Shown: positions 39,219-47,208 of the stretch, one piece after another
Layout of the letters: each line of letters begins with the position of its first letter
Numbering within the stretch: position 1 is the first letter of the stretch
From: an uncultured Campylobacterales bacterium
GTDB lineage: Bacteria > Campylobacterota > Campylobacteria > Campylobacterales > Sulfurimonadaceae
NCBI GenBank assembly: GCA_964014335.1
Contig: CAXGZT010000001.1
Span: 926-64,925 of the forward strand
Length of the DNA stretch: 64,000 nucleotides
Direction: 5' to 3'
The notes under the pieces: model-generated
Seen by the model: only the letters and a program-made list of their open reading frames with translations
The model's database searches: none
What the model was told of the DNA's origin: nothing
Program-made: the position numbers and the translations under genes

Positions 39219-39250
39219 CTAACACTCGGCTAACGCAAGTACGTCATACT
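39219..39250 (+). promoter_or_regulatory. Direct-repeat operator + -10 box (promoter of peptide genes 3-5)
   Basis: CTAACAC-TCGG-CTAACGC-N8-CATACT. Confidence 0.6.
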
Positions 39251-39277
39251 GACATCACTAAAACAGAAGGAGTAACC

Positions 39278-39412
39278 ATGAAAAAAGGTATTGCAGTTCT
39301 TACGATATTAATCGCATTCGGTTCAAGCGCATTTGCTCTTCCTACATCATCGCATGATGGGATGGGTGTCAAGATTGTTGAGTGGTCTCCGCAATTGCTT
39401 GCAGAGATTTAA
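39278..39412 (+). CDS. Secreted mini-peptide precursor 3 (divergent mature part)
   Basis: MKKGIAVLTILIAFGSSAFA|LPTSSHDGMGVKIVEWSPQLLAEI. AAGGAG SD. It keeps the signal peptide, one HxxM and the SP.L core. Confidence 0.7.
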   Translation: MKKGIAVLTILIAFGSSAFALPTSSHDGMGVKIVEWSPQLLAEI

Positions 39413-39449
39413 AAAAACAGAAATTCAAACATATCATAAAGGAAATATA

Positions 39450-39584
39450 ATGAAAAAAAGTATCGCAATCATTACGATGTTGGCAGCACTAAGTTCGAGC
39501 GCATTCGCTCATCACATGGCACAGTCGGATAGAGCGGGTGTTAATATCCCAAGCTGGTCTCCACATTTATCGATGGTCTTTTAA
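39450..39584 (+). CDS. Secreted mini-peptide precursor 4
   Basis: MKKSIAIITMLAALSSSAFA|HHMAQSDRAGVNIPSWSPHLSMVF. AAGGAAA SD. ORF-track entry 39333-39584 is an over-extension of this gene. Confidence 0.8.
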   Translation: MKKSIAIITMLAALSSSAFAHHMAQSDRAGVNIPSWSPHLSMVF

Positions 39585-39631
39585 GATCATCCAAACGGAT
39601 AGAATTTAAATTAAAAAATAAGGAGATTACA

Positions 39632-39766
39632 ATGAAAAAAAGTATCGCAATTATTACAATGTTAGCAGCACTGAGTTCGAGCGCATTCGCTCATCACATG
39701 GCAGTATATGAAGACGCAGGCATCAATATTCCTGACTCTTCTCCGCATCTGTTGATGGTGTTCTAA
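39632..39766 (+). CDS. Secreted mini-peptide precursor 5
   Basis: MKKSIAIITMLAALSSSAFA|HHMAVYEDAGINIPDSSPHLLMVF. AAGGAG SD. Confidence 0.85.
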   Translation: MKKSIAIITMLAALSSSAFAHHMAVYEDAGINIPDSSPHLLMVF

Positions 39767-39791
39767 TCCCCTCTCTGTTCAGTCGTGTATA

Positions 39792-39813
39792 AAGCAGGCT
39801 TGCATGCCTGCTT
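39792..39813. terminator. Hairpin between the convergent peptide array and the NDH-2-like gene
   Basis: Perfect 8-bp stem AAGCAGGC-ttgcat-GCCTGCTT. Confidence 0.5.
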
Positions 39814-39850
39814 CTCTCCTCTCTCCTAAGAGTCAAGCCCACTGATCGTT

Positions 39851-41071
39851 TCACCCGTCAGATGTTTTTGTACGCTTCTTAAAGCCGGTATTAACCCGCA
39901 GTTTTAGACCTATATAATAGGTATAGGTGATCAGTTTCTTCAACAGATAGGCGCTATATCCTTTTACCTTGATCAGCTTAAACATCTCGCCCACGGCATA
40001 CTTCCCTCCTAAGGCAACGAAGACACCGTCAATAGAAGCGTCGAAAGCTCTAAGCTCTTTGTGCTCAAGCTCTTGCTTGATACACCCTGCCGCATATTCG
40101 GCGCTTCGCTCGGCCGTTTGCGCCGTCGGAGCCAGGATATTCCCTTTGGCGTCACGCAGTTCAACGCAGTCACCGATGGCGAATACGCTCGGTTCGTCGG
40201 GTATGCGCAGATACTTATCGACAAGGAACTGGTTGATACTGTTCTTTTCGACCTCCCGCGAGAGCTCAAAAGAGGGGACTTTGATTCCTCCGGTAAATAT
40301 CATAAAGAAAAAGTCGAGTACTCTGCCGTCTTTAAAATGGACAGTTGAACTCTCAACACGCTCGATAAAGGCATCCGTCATGATCTTGATACCCAGCTCT
40401 TCCAGCCGTTCGGATGTCCTGCTGACGATATAATCACTCATACCGGGCAGGATCCTGGCGCCGGCATCGATAAGGTATATCTTTATCTCCTGAGCCGATG
40501 AACCGATACTTTCCGTATGTTTTTTGATGACATCGGCCATTTCGGCGGCGATCTCGACACCGCTGAGCCCTGCTCCGCCTATAGCGATATTAAGCAGATC
40601 TTTCGCGCTATCCGGAGGACTTTCAATCTTACTGTAGAGGAGTTTTTCGAAGGCTGTTCTGAAGTTAAAGGCGTTACGCAACTTCTTGACACCGAAACTG
40701 TTCTCTCTAAGCCCTTCGATAAAAGAAAAAAAGTTCGTCTCCGCTCCGATGGCAATAATCGCGTAATCATACTGAAGCTTTATGTCCGAAAGGTGGACTC
40801 TCTTCTTCTCAAAGTCCACCAGAGTCACCTCATCATGAACAAACTCTACCCATTTTTTAAAGCCCAGACACCAACTCTTAAGATCAATCGCTACCCCGTG
40901 CAGATCAAAACGCCCGGCAATATAACCGTAGGCCTCGGTTTGAAGATAGTGGTAGGGATGTTTGTCTATCAACGTGATATGCAGACCTTCAATGCCTGCA
41001 AGATGTTCCACCGCACGCAGTCCGCCGTAACCGCCGCCTATGACTATGACCTTTTTCATACGCTTGCCCAT
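39851..41071 (-). CDS. NDH-2-like FAD-dependent pyridine nucleotide-disulfide oxidoreductase
   Basis: N-terminal dinucleotide fold KVIVIGGGYGG, a second GGAGLSGVE fold and FAIGDC. The start may be ATG 41059 (MKKVIV). Confidence 0.8.
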   Translation of the reverse strand: MGKRMKKVIVIGGGYGGLRAVEHLAGIEGLHITLIDKHPYHYLQTEAYGYIAGRFDLHGVAIDLKSWCLGFKKWVEFVHDEVTLVDFEKKRVHLSDIKLQYDYAIIAIGAETNFFSFIEGLRENSFGVKKLRNAFNFRTAFEKLLYSKIESPPDSAKDLLNIAIGGAGLSGVEIAAEMADVIKKHTESIGSSAQEIKIYLIDAGARILPGMSDYIVSRTSERLEELGIKIMTDAFIERVESSTVHFKDGRVLDFFFMIFTGGIKVPSFELSREVEKNSINQFLVDKYLRIPDEPSVFAIGDCVELRDAKGNILAPTAQTAERSAEYAAGCIKQELEHKELRAFDASIDGVFVALGGKYAVGEMFKLIKVKGYSAYLLKKLITYTYYIGLKLRVNTGFKKRTKTSDG

Positions 41072-41201
41072 TAAGTTTTATACGATTATGTCTAAATAGA
41101 GATTAAAGCGTGTTGTAGTCTTGTACGAAGAGGTGCAGGACCCAGCTGTGACTTCCTAAACCGGAAGTCATGCTCTGCGTCTGTTTTGAAAGATCTGCTT
41201 A

Positions 41202-43214
41202 TTAGAAACGGTAACGAAGGTTAGCGTAGATGTAACGTCCAGGTTCGTTAAGCAGCATGATGTCATTACCGCCACCAGATGCCAAAAGCGTAAGGTCCTG
41301 ATAAGTATTGGAAACTGCATACGTGTGGTCAAAGACATTATCCATACCCAGAGTGATATCAAACCCCTTCGTCAGATCTCTGTTCCACTTGATATTGGCG
41401 ATCGCATAACCGGAAATAGCCTGTTCGCCGTTGTCTTCATCAAAGTCACTCCAGTTGTCAGCTGCGATCACTTCAAGCTTTGTACTTGTCATATCCGTAT
41501 CATAGTTAAGAGCTGCATTTACCTTTAACGGTGGAATCTCTGCGAGATCTCTATCAGTCTGCCCGCTAAGAGGGGCATCTTTTTTACCGCGCTGATAAGC
41601 CAGGCCTGCATCGAACGAGAGTGCATCAGAAGCTGCATAAAAAGCATTAAACTCAGCACCATATACTTTTGCATCCACATTTTCGAACTTGTTAATCATA
41701 GGATTTGTTGCTCTGTAAACAATAAAATCCTTTAACCATGAGTGGAATACTTTTATTTTTGCATACGCATTTTCATACTGTTTTTTGGCACCTAAGTCGA
41801 TCTCATAGTTTTTTGTCTGGTCTAGGTTTGGTGTACCGACAAGTGTACCACCTCCCATACGGCTTATAAAATATAGTTCCCTTGCATCTGGTACACGAGA
41901 TGATTTACCTGCTCCGATAAAGTATTGTGTTGTCTCGTCTGCGTTATATGTAACGAATGCATATCCATTCAACGAACTATAATCATTGTCTTGTTCTGTT
42001 CCAGAAGTATCAATCGAAGTATCATCATAACGAAGACCTGCATCAAGGTCCACTTGACCAAAACTCTGTTCAAGCTTAGCAAATACAGCTATATTGTCTG
42101 TGTCTACGTCATCAATACTTTTTAGCCCAGTAGCTACATGGTCAACAATATATTCGCCATCCCAATTTCTTCGGCTTGCATCTAACCCTACTGTTATGTC
42201 TGCTTCACCAAGTTCCATTAAGTTTTTCAACTTAAGTCCGTCAACAGATGTCGTCAATGAACTAACTACATCCCCCATTATAGCTGTCGATTTTCTATAT
42301 CTGTTGGACATTGGATGGTCGACTTCAGAATGATAGGCTTGAAAGTCAAGCTTTTTAGAGAGTGAGCCCATATCTGTAATCGAATACTCAAAATTATAGA
42401 TATCTGAGTCATCATAAAGTGCATCCATCTTGCTCGAAGGGTACAGAACATCGTCACTACGATTCGCCGTATAACTTAGTCTCAACTCTTGATTGTCCGT
42501 CGGATTAAAGAAAAGTTTACCCATAAAGGTCATCTTGTCAAAGGCTTCCATATCTCTATTTTGAGGCTTGTAAGCCGTACCAGCTATTGATGTCCCTTCC
42601 ACATAATTATCAACCTGATCAGCCAAGGTATTTCCATCCCCGTCTTTATACTGATCGCTTGACTCTTTTGAAGCACCAAGAAGAACACGAACCTTATCTG
42701 TCCCGCCGCTTGCCGTAGCAGAGACTTTTTTATAGTTGAAACTTCCCGCATTCAGGTTCACTTCACCTGAGAACTCTTGAGTCGGTTTTTTTGTCTTGAT
42801 ATCGACTAAACCGCTCAGTGTACCGAAGTTTTCAACATCGTAAGGACCTGTCGTGATCTCTACGCTTTCTATATTGTTTGTCAAAATATGGGAGGTTGGC
42901 GGGTCCATTCTGTTTGGACAGGCACCGTAGGTCTTTGTCCCGTCGGCCACGATATTGATATTGTCTTTTTTCTGTCCGCGCAGGATGATATCGTTCGCGA
43001 TGCCGCTGCGTCTTACCAGGGAGATACTCGGTACACTCCTCGTCAGTGACTCCGCCAGATCAGCCGACTTCAGCTCTTCCCCGCTGACGTCATTGATCTT
43101 TAGGCTATTGACCGAGGCCTCGATTTGGGCCGGCTCCAACTCAATGGTTTCAGCCAGAAGCATAGGGCTTAAAACCAGTGATAATACGATTGTCTTATTG
43201 AGTAGTTTATTCAT
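41202..43214 (-). CDS. TonB-dependent outer-membrane receptor, OprC/NosA-like (putative copper)
   Basis: Signal peptide, plug region (ILRGQKKDNINIVADG), C-terminal ...ANLRYRF. Carries CxxxM (GACPNRMDPP; Cys 42918-42920, Met 42906-42908) and HxM (DHPM; His 42315-42317, Met 42309-42311). Confidence 0.8.
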   Translation of the reverse strand: MNKLLNKTIVLSLVLSPMLLAETIELEPAQIEASVNSLKINDVSGEELKSADLAESLTRSVPSISLVRRSGIANDIILRGQKKDNINIVADGTKTYGACPNRMDPPTSHILTNNIESVEITTGPYDVENFGTLSGLVDIKTKKPTQEFSGEVNLNAGSFNYKKVSATASGGTDKVRVLLGASKESSDQYKDGDGNTLADQVDNYVEGTSIAGTAYKPQNRDMEAFDKMTFMGKLFFNPTDNQELRLSYTANRSDDVLYPSSKMDALYDDSDIYNFEYSITDMGSLSKKLDFQAYHSEVDHPMSNRYRKSTAIMGDVVSSLTTSVDGLKLKNLMELGEADITVGLDASRRNWDGEYIVDHVATGLKSIDDVDTDNIAVFAKLEQSFGQVDLDAGLRYDDTSIDTSGTEQDNDYSSLNGYAFVTYNADETTQYFIGAGKSSRVPDARELYFISRMGGGTLVGTPNLDQTKNYEIDLGAKKQYENAYAKIKVFHSWLKDFIVYRATNPMINKFENVDAKVYGAEFNAFYAASDALSFDAGLAYQRGKKDAPLSGQTDRDLAEIPPLKVNAALNYDTDMTSTKLEVIAADNWSDFDEDNGEQAISGYAIANIKWNRDLTKGFDITLGMDNVFDHTYAVSNTYQDLTLLASGGGNDIMLLNEPGRYIYANLRYRF

Positions 43215-43235
43215 TATTTATCCTTAATCGGGACA

Positions 43236-43267
43236 ATCATAATGAGCTAGTGTTACAAAAGTGTTAA
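43236..43267 (-). promoter_or_regulatory. Direct-repeat operator + -10 box (promoter of the TonB-dependent receptor)
   Basis: On the minus strand: TTAACAC-TTTT-GTAACAC-N8-TATGAT, 21 nt before the ATG. It overlaps the HK stop codon. Confidence 0.6.
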
Positions 43268-44457
43268 TTTGATTTTTTAAGTTTCAGATCCAGTGTGATT
43301 TCGGTCCCCTTGTTAAGTTCCGAATCAATCTTGATCTCTATACCATACTCCTTGGAGATCATCTCCACGATATTGAGTCCTATCCCAAAGCCGCCGACGC
43401 TCTTATTTGCCCGCTGGTACCGTCCAAAGATTCGTCCGATCTTCTCTTTGGATATCCCTATCCCCGTATCTGCGACCTTTAAAAAGTGTTCTTGAAGCTC
43501 TACTCTTATACTACCGCCGACACGGTTGTACTTGATAGCATTGGAGAGCAGGTTATCGACAAGCCGTCCCAGCTTATTTTTGTCTATCACAATCATCATA
43601 CCCGGCACTATCGATCTCTCCAGGCTCAACTTCTTCTGTTCCATGGCGATCTTGAAATATTCCAACCTCTCTTCAATAAAAACAGAGAGGTCGACCTCCT
43701 CGTCTTTAACCGCTATATCATGATGAAGGACGAGATAGGTCAGATCATTGTAGATATTGGAGATCGTTCTAGAAGCAATATCGATACGGTTTATTTTTCT
43801 CAGCTCTTTGGGCTCCAGCCTGCTCGTATCTATGGTTTCAATATTGGCTATTATGGCGGCTACCGGTGTATTCAGCTCATGCGTCGTATCCTTGATAAAG
43901 TTATCCAAGAGCTCTATAGACTCTTTCATCGGACGCAGGAAAAGCCGCATCAGATACATGCCTACGGAGATCAACGCGACAAGCAGAGCTGCCCCGTAGG
44001 TGATGATATCACGAATGGCGCTGGAAAACCACAAACCGTCATCCTTCGTCTCATACACCAGGTATTTGATCCCCTTTTTGTTTTTTTCGATCTGCAGAAC
44101 AAAATGGATATAGCCTTTTGAGAGTCCGATCATCCTGTCCAGGTTCACATCATCGCTTTTCATATACGAAGCGATCTGCTTTTTGTGGCTGTCATACACG
44201 GCTGTATTATAGGCGATGTCCTGGGGAAACTTCTCTCTGCTGCTTAAGTAGGTGTATCGCAGAAGAGGATAGTAGTTTTCATTGACCAGCTGCATTGAGA
44301 GACGGTGTTCGGAGAGCATCACCTCTTTTGCATTCGTATAATAGATACTGCCCAGGAGAGTCAGAATCAGCAGAGACATGACCGTGTACAGGAGTAAAAA
44401 AGCCCTTAACGACTTGGACTCAGGAGTATTTATACCCATAGCGCTTAATGCTAACAA
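43264..44457 (-). CDS. Sensor histidine kinase (two TM segments, periplasmic loop)
   Basis: H-box HELNTPVAAI, N-box LLSNAIKYN, G-boxes DTGIGIS and GGFGIGLNIV. Start uncertain (44457 or 44439); it overlaps the RR 3' end. Confidence 0.88.
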   Translation of the reverse strand: MLALSAMGINTPESKSLRAFLLLYTVMSLLILTLLGSIYYTNAKEVMLSEHRLSMQLVNENYYPLLRYTYLSSREKFPQDIAYNTAVYDSHKKQIASYMKSDDVNLDRMIGLSKGYIHFVLQIEKNKKGIKYLVYETKDDGLWFSSAIRDIITYGAALLVALISVGMYLMRLFLRPMKESIELLDNFIKDTTHELNTPVAAIIANIETIDTSRLEPKELRKINRIDIASRTISNIYNDLTYLVLHHDIAVKDEEVDLSVFIEERLEYFKIAMEQKKLSLERSIVPGMMIVIDKNKLGRLVDNLLSNAIKYNRVGGSIRVELQEHFLKVADTGIGISKEKIGRIFGRYQRANKSVGGFGIGLNIVEMISKEYGIEIKIDSELNKGTEITLDLKLKKSN

Positions 44458-45082
44458 TCCTATCCTTTCCGATGACTTTGCGAAGGTTTTTGATATAGGT
44501 CCTCAGCGAAGTGGGACTCGGCTCTTCATCATAAGCCCATAGATGCTGATTGATAACCTCATGTGTTATCTGCGTATTCGCATGCTGCAAAAAGAGCTTG
44601 AGCAGAAGCTTCTCCTTCTGGTTCAGAGGTACTTTCACGCCCCCGTCCAACAGCTCATCCGCCTGAATATCATAAGAGAGGTTCTCATCAATCTCCAGCC
44701 TCTCCTTTGCATTATGATAGAAGTTTCGTTTTAAGATATTGTTGATGCGAAGAAGAAGCTCTTCAAGAGAAAAAGGCTTTCGGATATAGTCGTCACAGCC
44801 GCTTTCAAAGCCGCGGGAAAGATCATCCGTGGAGTCAAGCGAAGTGATGAAGATCGCGGGGACCGTTGCACCCCTCTCGCGCGAAGACTTGAGCAGTTCA
44901 AAGCCGTTGGGAGAGGGAACATTCACATCCAGCAGAAGAAGATCATAGTTTTTTTCATATATACACTCTTCTGCACGCTTACCCTCATAAACAGATTCAA
45001 CATCAAAGCCCTCATCGCTTAAGAACTCTTCGATTGTCTCATTGAGATTGACATCATCTTCCAAAAGAAGGATTTTTTTCAT
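44420..45082 (-). CDS. OmpR-family response regulator
   Basis: MKKILLLEDD, LLLLDVNVP (phospho-Asp) and DDYIRKPF. Winged-helix C-terminus (LRTYIKNLRKVIG...YGYKY). Confidence 0.9.
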   Translation of the reverse strand: MKKILLLEDDVNLNETIEEFLSDEGFDVESVYEGKRAEECIYEKNYDLLLLDVNVPSPNGFELLKSSRERGATVPAIFITSLDSTDDLSRGFESGCDDYIRKPFSLEELLLRINNILKRNFYHNAKERLEIDENLSYDIQADELLDGGVKVPLNQKEKLLLKLFLQHANTQITHEVINQHLWAYDEEPSPTSLRTYIKNLRKVIGKDRIVSIKRYGYKYS

Positions 45083-45129
45083 TTGTTGCCTTGGTCACGG
45101 TTCCATTGAACCACGCTTAAACCTGTCTC

Positions 45130-46524
45130 TTACAGTTCACATTTTTGGAGGAAAAGTGCCATCGTAAACTTCGTTTTGCTTTTCTTGTCATACGAAAAGG
45201 TATCCTCCGATTGTTGGGAGAGGGCCTCTGTCCGTCCCATCGTCTTGAGTCGCCAGCTTATCGTATCGCTGATTTCCGCCTTGGCCATGTTTTTTGGATC
45301 ACGTACAAAGTAGATTCTGTCGTCATTCCTCGCCTTAACCCCGTAGCCGAACATCCTTTCCCCGGCCTCTTCTACGGTAAAGATGACCTCCCCTTCCAAA
45401 AGGACCTGTTGTCCGGAAAGCTGGTCCGGGTTAATATATGCGCCGCAGACCTTCTTTGCTTTGGTACGGCGTATAGCCTCTGCCTTTTGGGCGATTTTTT
45501 GTTTTCTATACTCCTCTTGTCTGCGTGCTTTTTCTCTGGCAAGGGCCTCTGCCTTGGCCAGATTCAGTGCTGCCGTCTTCCTCTCTTTCTCTTTTTTTGC
45601 CCTCAACAGGGCTTCCTGACGTGCCGCCGCTTCCTCTGCTGCCGCTTGTGCTTCTGCCCTATGTATCCAATATTCAGGGTTTTGAAAAGAGAAGAAACGT
45701 TCCTCTTCCTGCAGGGGAAGCTTGTGTTCATCTATAAAAGCCATCTCCTCCCTCGTCGGTTCGTTTTGTAAAAGAGGGAAAAGAAATACAAAATTCTCGG
45801 TATCCTCATCTTCGATAAACTCTTCAATCGTCACTTCCATGCCCGATTGAATCTTGGCGTTGTCCAAAGCGAGTCTGCGCAGTTCCGCCAGGTACTCCAA
45901 CGCCAACGGACCTTTTGTGATCTCCGACTCATCCAGAAGATGTCCTATCGCCTCGTTCCTGTGCGCCTCATTCATATAAGGAATACACCTCTCTTCGAGA
46001 AAGGCGAAGGGCGGCTGCTGGCGTTTTATGACAGAGAGGCAGATAGAATCAAAATCATATACGGGCGTACCGAACTGTGCATAAAAACTCGGACGCGTAA
46101 AAAACTCTCTCTTCATGAACTCCCCTGCACTATGGGGAGTATATTTTTGCATATGGAAAACGGAGATAGCCTCATAGCTGATTCCTAAGGCTTTCCACTG
46201 AGTCGCTTCTTTGGCATTCACTCCAAGCCTTGCCCATTTCGGATACTCCCTATTCTCTATGCCCTCTTCTTTCCATGCTTTCTCTTCCGCATTGTTTAAG
46301 ATCTTGCCCTTGTATACATATGCACTTGGGTCATCCGCACTTTTATGTGCCGGACCCTTCTCCTGCTTCTTTAAAGAGCTCCCGTCTTGGAGAAAACGCT
46401 GCTTATGTCCTGCTTCGAGCTTGGCCAGCATGGCTGCCCTTGACTTCTCTTCGGGTGTCGGTTCCCCGCCGCAACCGGCTAGGAACAATAAAGCGGATAC
46501 AGAGAAAAAAAATAGTTGTTTCAT
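45130..46524 (-). CDS. Lipoprotein with coiled-coil region, function unknown
   Basis: Lipobox LFLAGC. Charged Ala/Lys/Glu-rich coiled-coil segment (AAEEAAARQEALLRAKKEKERK...). Lies 48 nt upstream of the RR gene on the same strand. Confidence 0.6.
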   Translation of the reverse strand: MKQLFFFSVSALLFLAGCGGEPTPEEKSRAAMLAKLEAGHKQRFLQDGSSLKKQEKGPAHKSADDPSAYVYKGKILNNAEEKAWKEEGIENREYPKWARLGVNAKEATQWKALGISYEAISVFHMQKYTPHSAGEFMKREFFTRPSFYAQFGTPVYDFDSICLSVIKRQQPPFAFLEERCIPYMNEAHRNEAIGHLLDESEITKGPLALEYLAELRRLALDNAKIQSGMEVTIEEFIEDEDTENFVFLFPLLQNEPTREEMAFIDEHKLPLQEEERFFSFQNPEYWIHRAEAQAAAEEAAARQEALLRAKKEKERKTAALNLAKAEALAREKARRQEEYRKQKIAQKAEAIRRTKAKKVCGAYINPDQLSGQQVLLEGEVIFTVEEAGERMFGYGVKARNDDRIYFVRDPKNMAKAEISDTISWRLKTMGRTEALSQQSEDTFSYDKKSKTKFTMALFLQKCEL

Positions 46525-46683
46525 GCGTGGCCTTTTGATTCATACATTATAGTATAAATCTAAAAAGTTACGGAAAAATTAATGCAAAGATGGGAAGAAG
46601 ATGAGATAAGCCTATACGAGGGGAGCAAATCAATGAGGATGAAGGTCCATTGGCTATAATTCATAAAAAATCAAAGAAGTTTT

Positions 46684-47196
46684 ATGGCCCGCTGGAAAGA
46701 TGTGAAAAAAGGAAATATCAAAACCGAAAAGAGCACTCAGACTAAAATCTATTATGCCGGTTTCTGGTCACGCTTTTTGGCCCTTAGCGTAGATGTCTTT
46801 ATGATAGGAATTCCCATCTCTCTGCTGGTCTACTTCATATTCGGATACGAAACCATGCAGAGTCAGCCCGGGTTTATAGACGCAATAGAGGGAATTAAAC
46901 CCGAGAAAGAGCCTAATGTTCTCATCCCTCTGCTTACGATGTCATTATGGTCGCTGATCACCCTGGCTTTTTGGTACAAGACGGGCCAGACCCCGGGCAA
47001 AAAGATGGCCAAGATCGAGATTGTTGACGATAAGAGCTCTCATAAAGCATCCTTCCTCCAGCTCTTCGTTCGGCTGATCTTCTTCATCATGCCCATTTTT
47101 GCCTTTTTCAGTCTCTTCGTCATGCTCTTTCATCCGAAAAAACGGACCCTGCACGACATGCTAAGCGGTACCTCCGTTATCTATAAAACCCTCTAA
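46684..47196 (+). CDS. RDD-family membrane protein
   Basis: AGFWSRFLALSVDVFMIGIP..., GQTPGKKMAKIEIV and LHDMLSGTSVI are typical of RDD domains. Confidence 0.7.
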   Translation: MARWKDVKKGNIKTEKSTQTKIYYAGFWSRFLALSVDVFMIGIPISLLVYFIFGYETMQSQPGFIDAIEGIKPEKEPNVLIPLLTMSLWSLITLAFWYKTGQTPGKKMAKIEIVDDKSSHKASFLQLFVRLIFFIMPIFAFFSLFVMLFHPKKRTLHDMLSGTSVIYKTL

Positions 47197-47208
47197 GGTA
47201 TCTCTCTT

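Noticed and set aside
38702-39222. Five additional overlapping ORFs around the K/Q/G-rich gene (38702-38947, 38778-39023, 38800-39222, 38824-39060, 38978-39160)
   Set aside because: The sequence is low-complexity, so several frames stay open. Only 38784-39047 has an SD, a signal peptide, the shared operator/promoter and a terminator.
39333-39584. ORF-track 83-aa protein
   Set aside because: The N-terminal 39 codons run out of the peptide-3 region in another frame and have no SD. The conserved family start (ATG 39450 with AAGGAAA) gives the 44-aa product.
38171-39813. Possibility that the repeated ~135-bp units are a CRISPR array or a non-coding tandem repeat
   Set aside because: The units have variable spacing (54, 37 and 47 nt within clusters), and each begins with SD+ATG and ends with a stop. 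Divergence between copies is concentrated at synonymous positions. They are paralogous coding genes, not CRISPR repeats.
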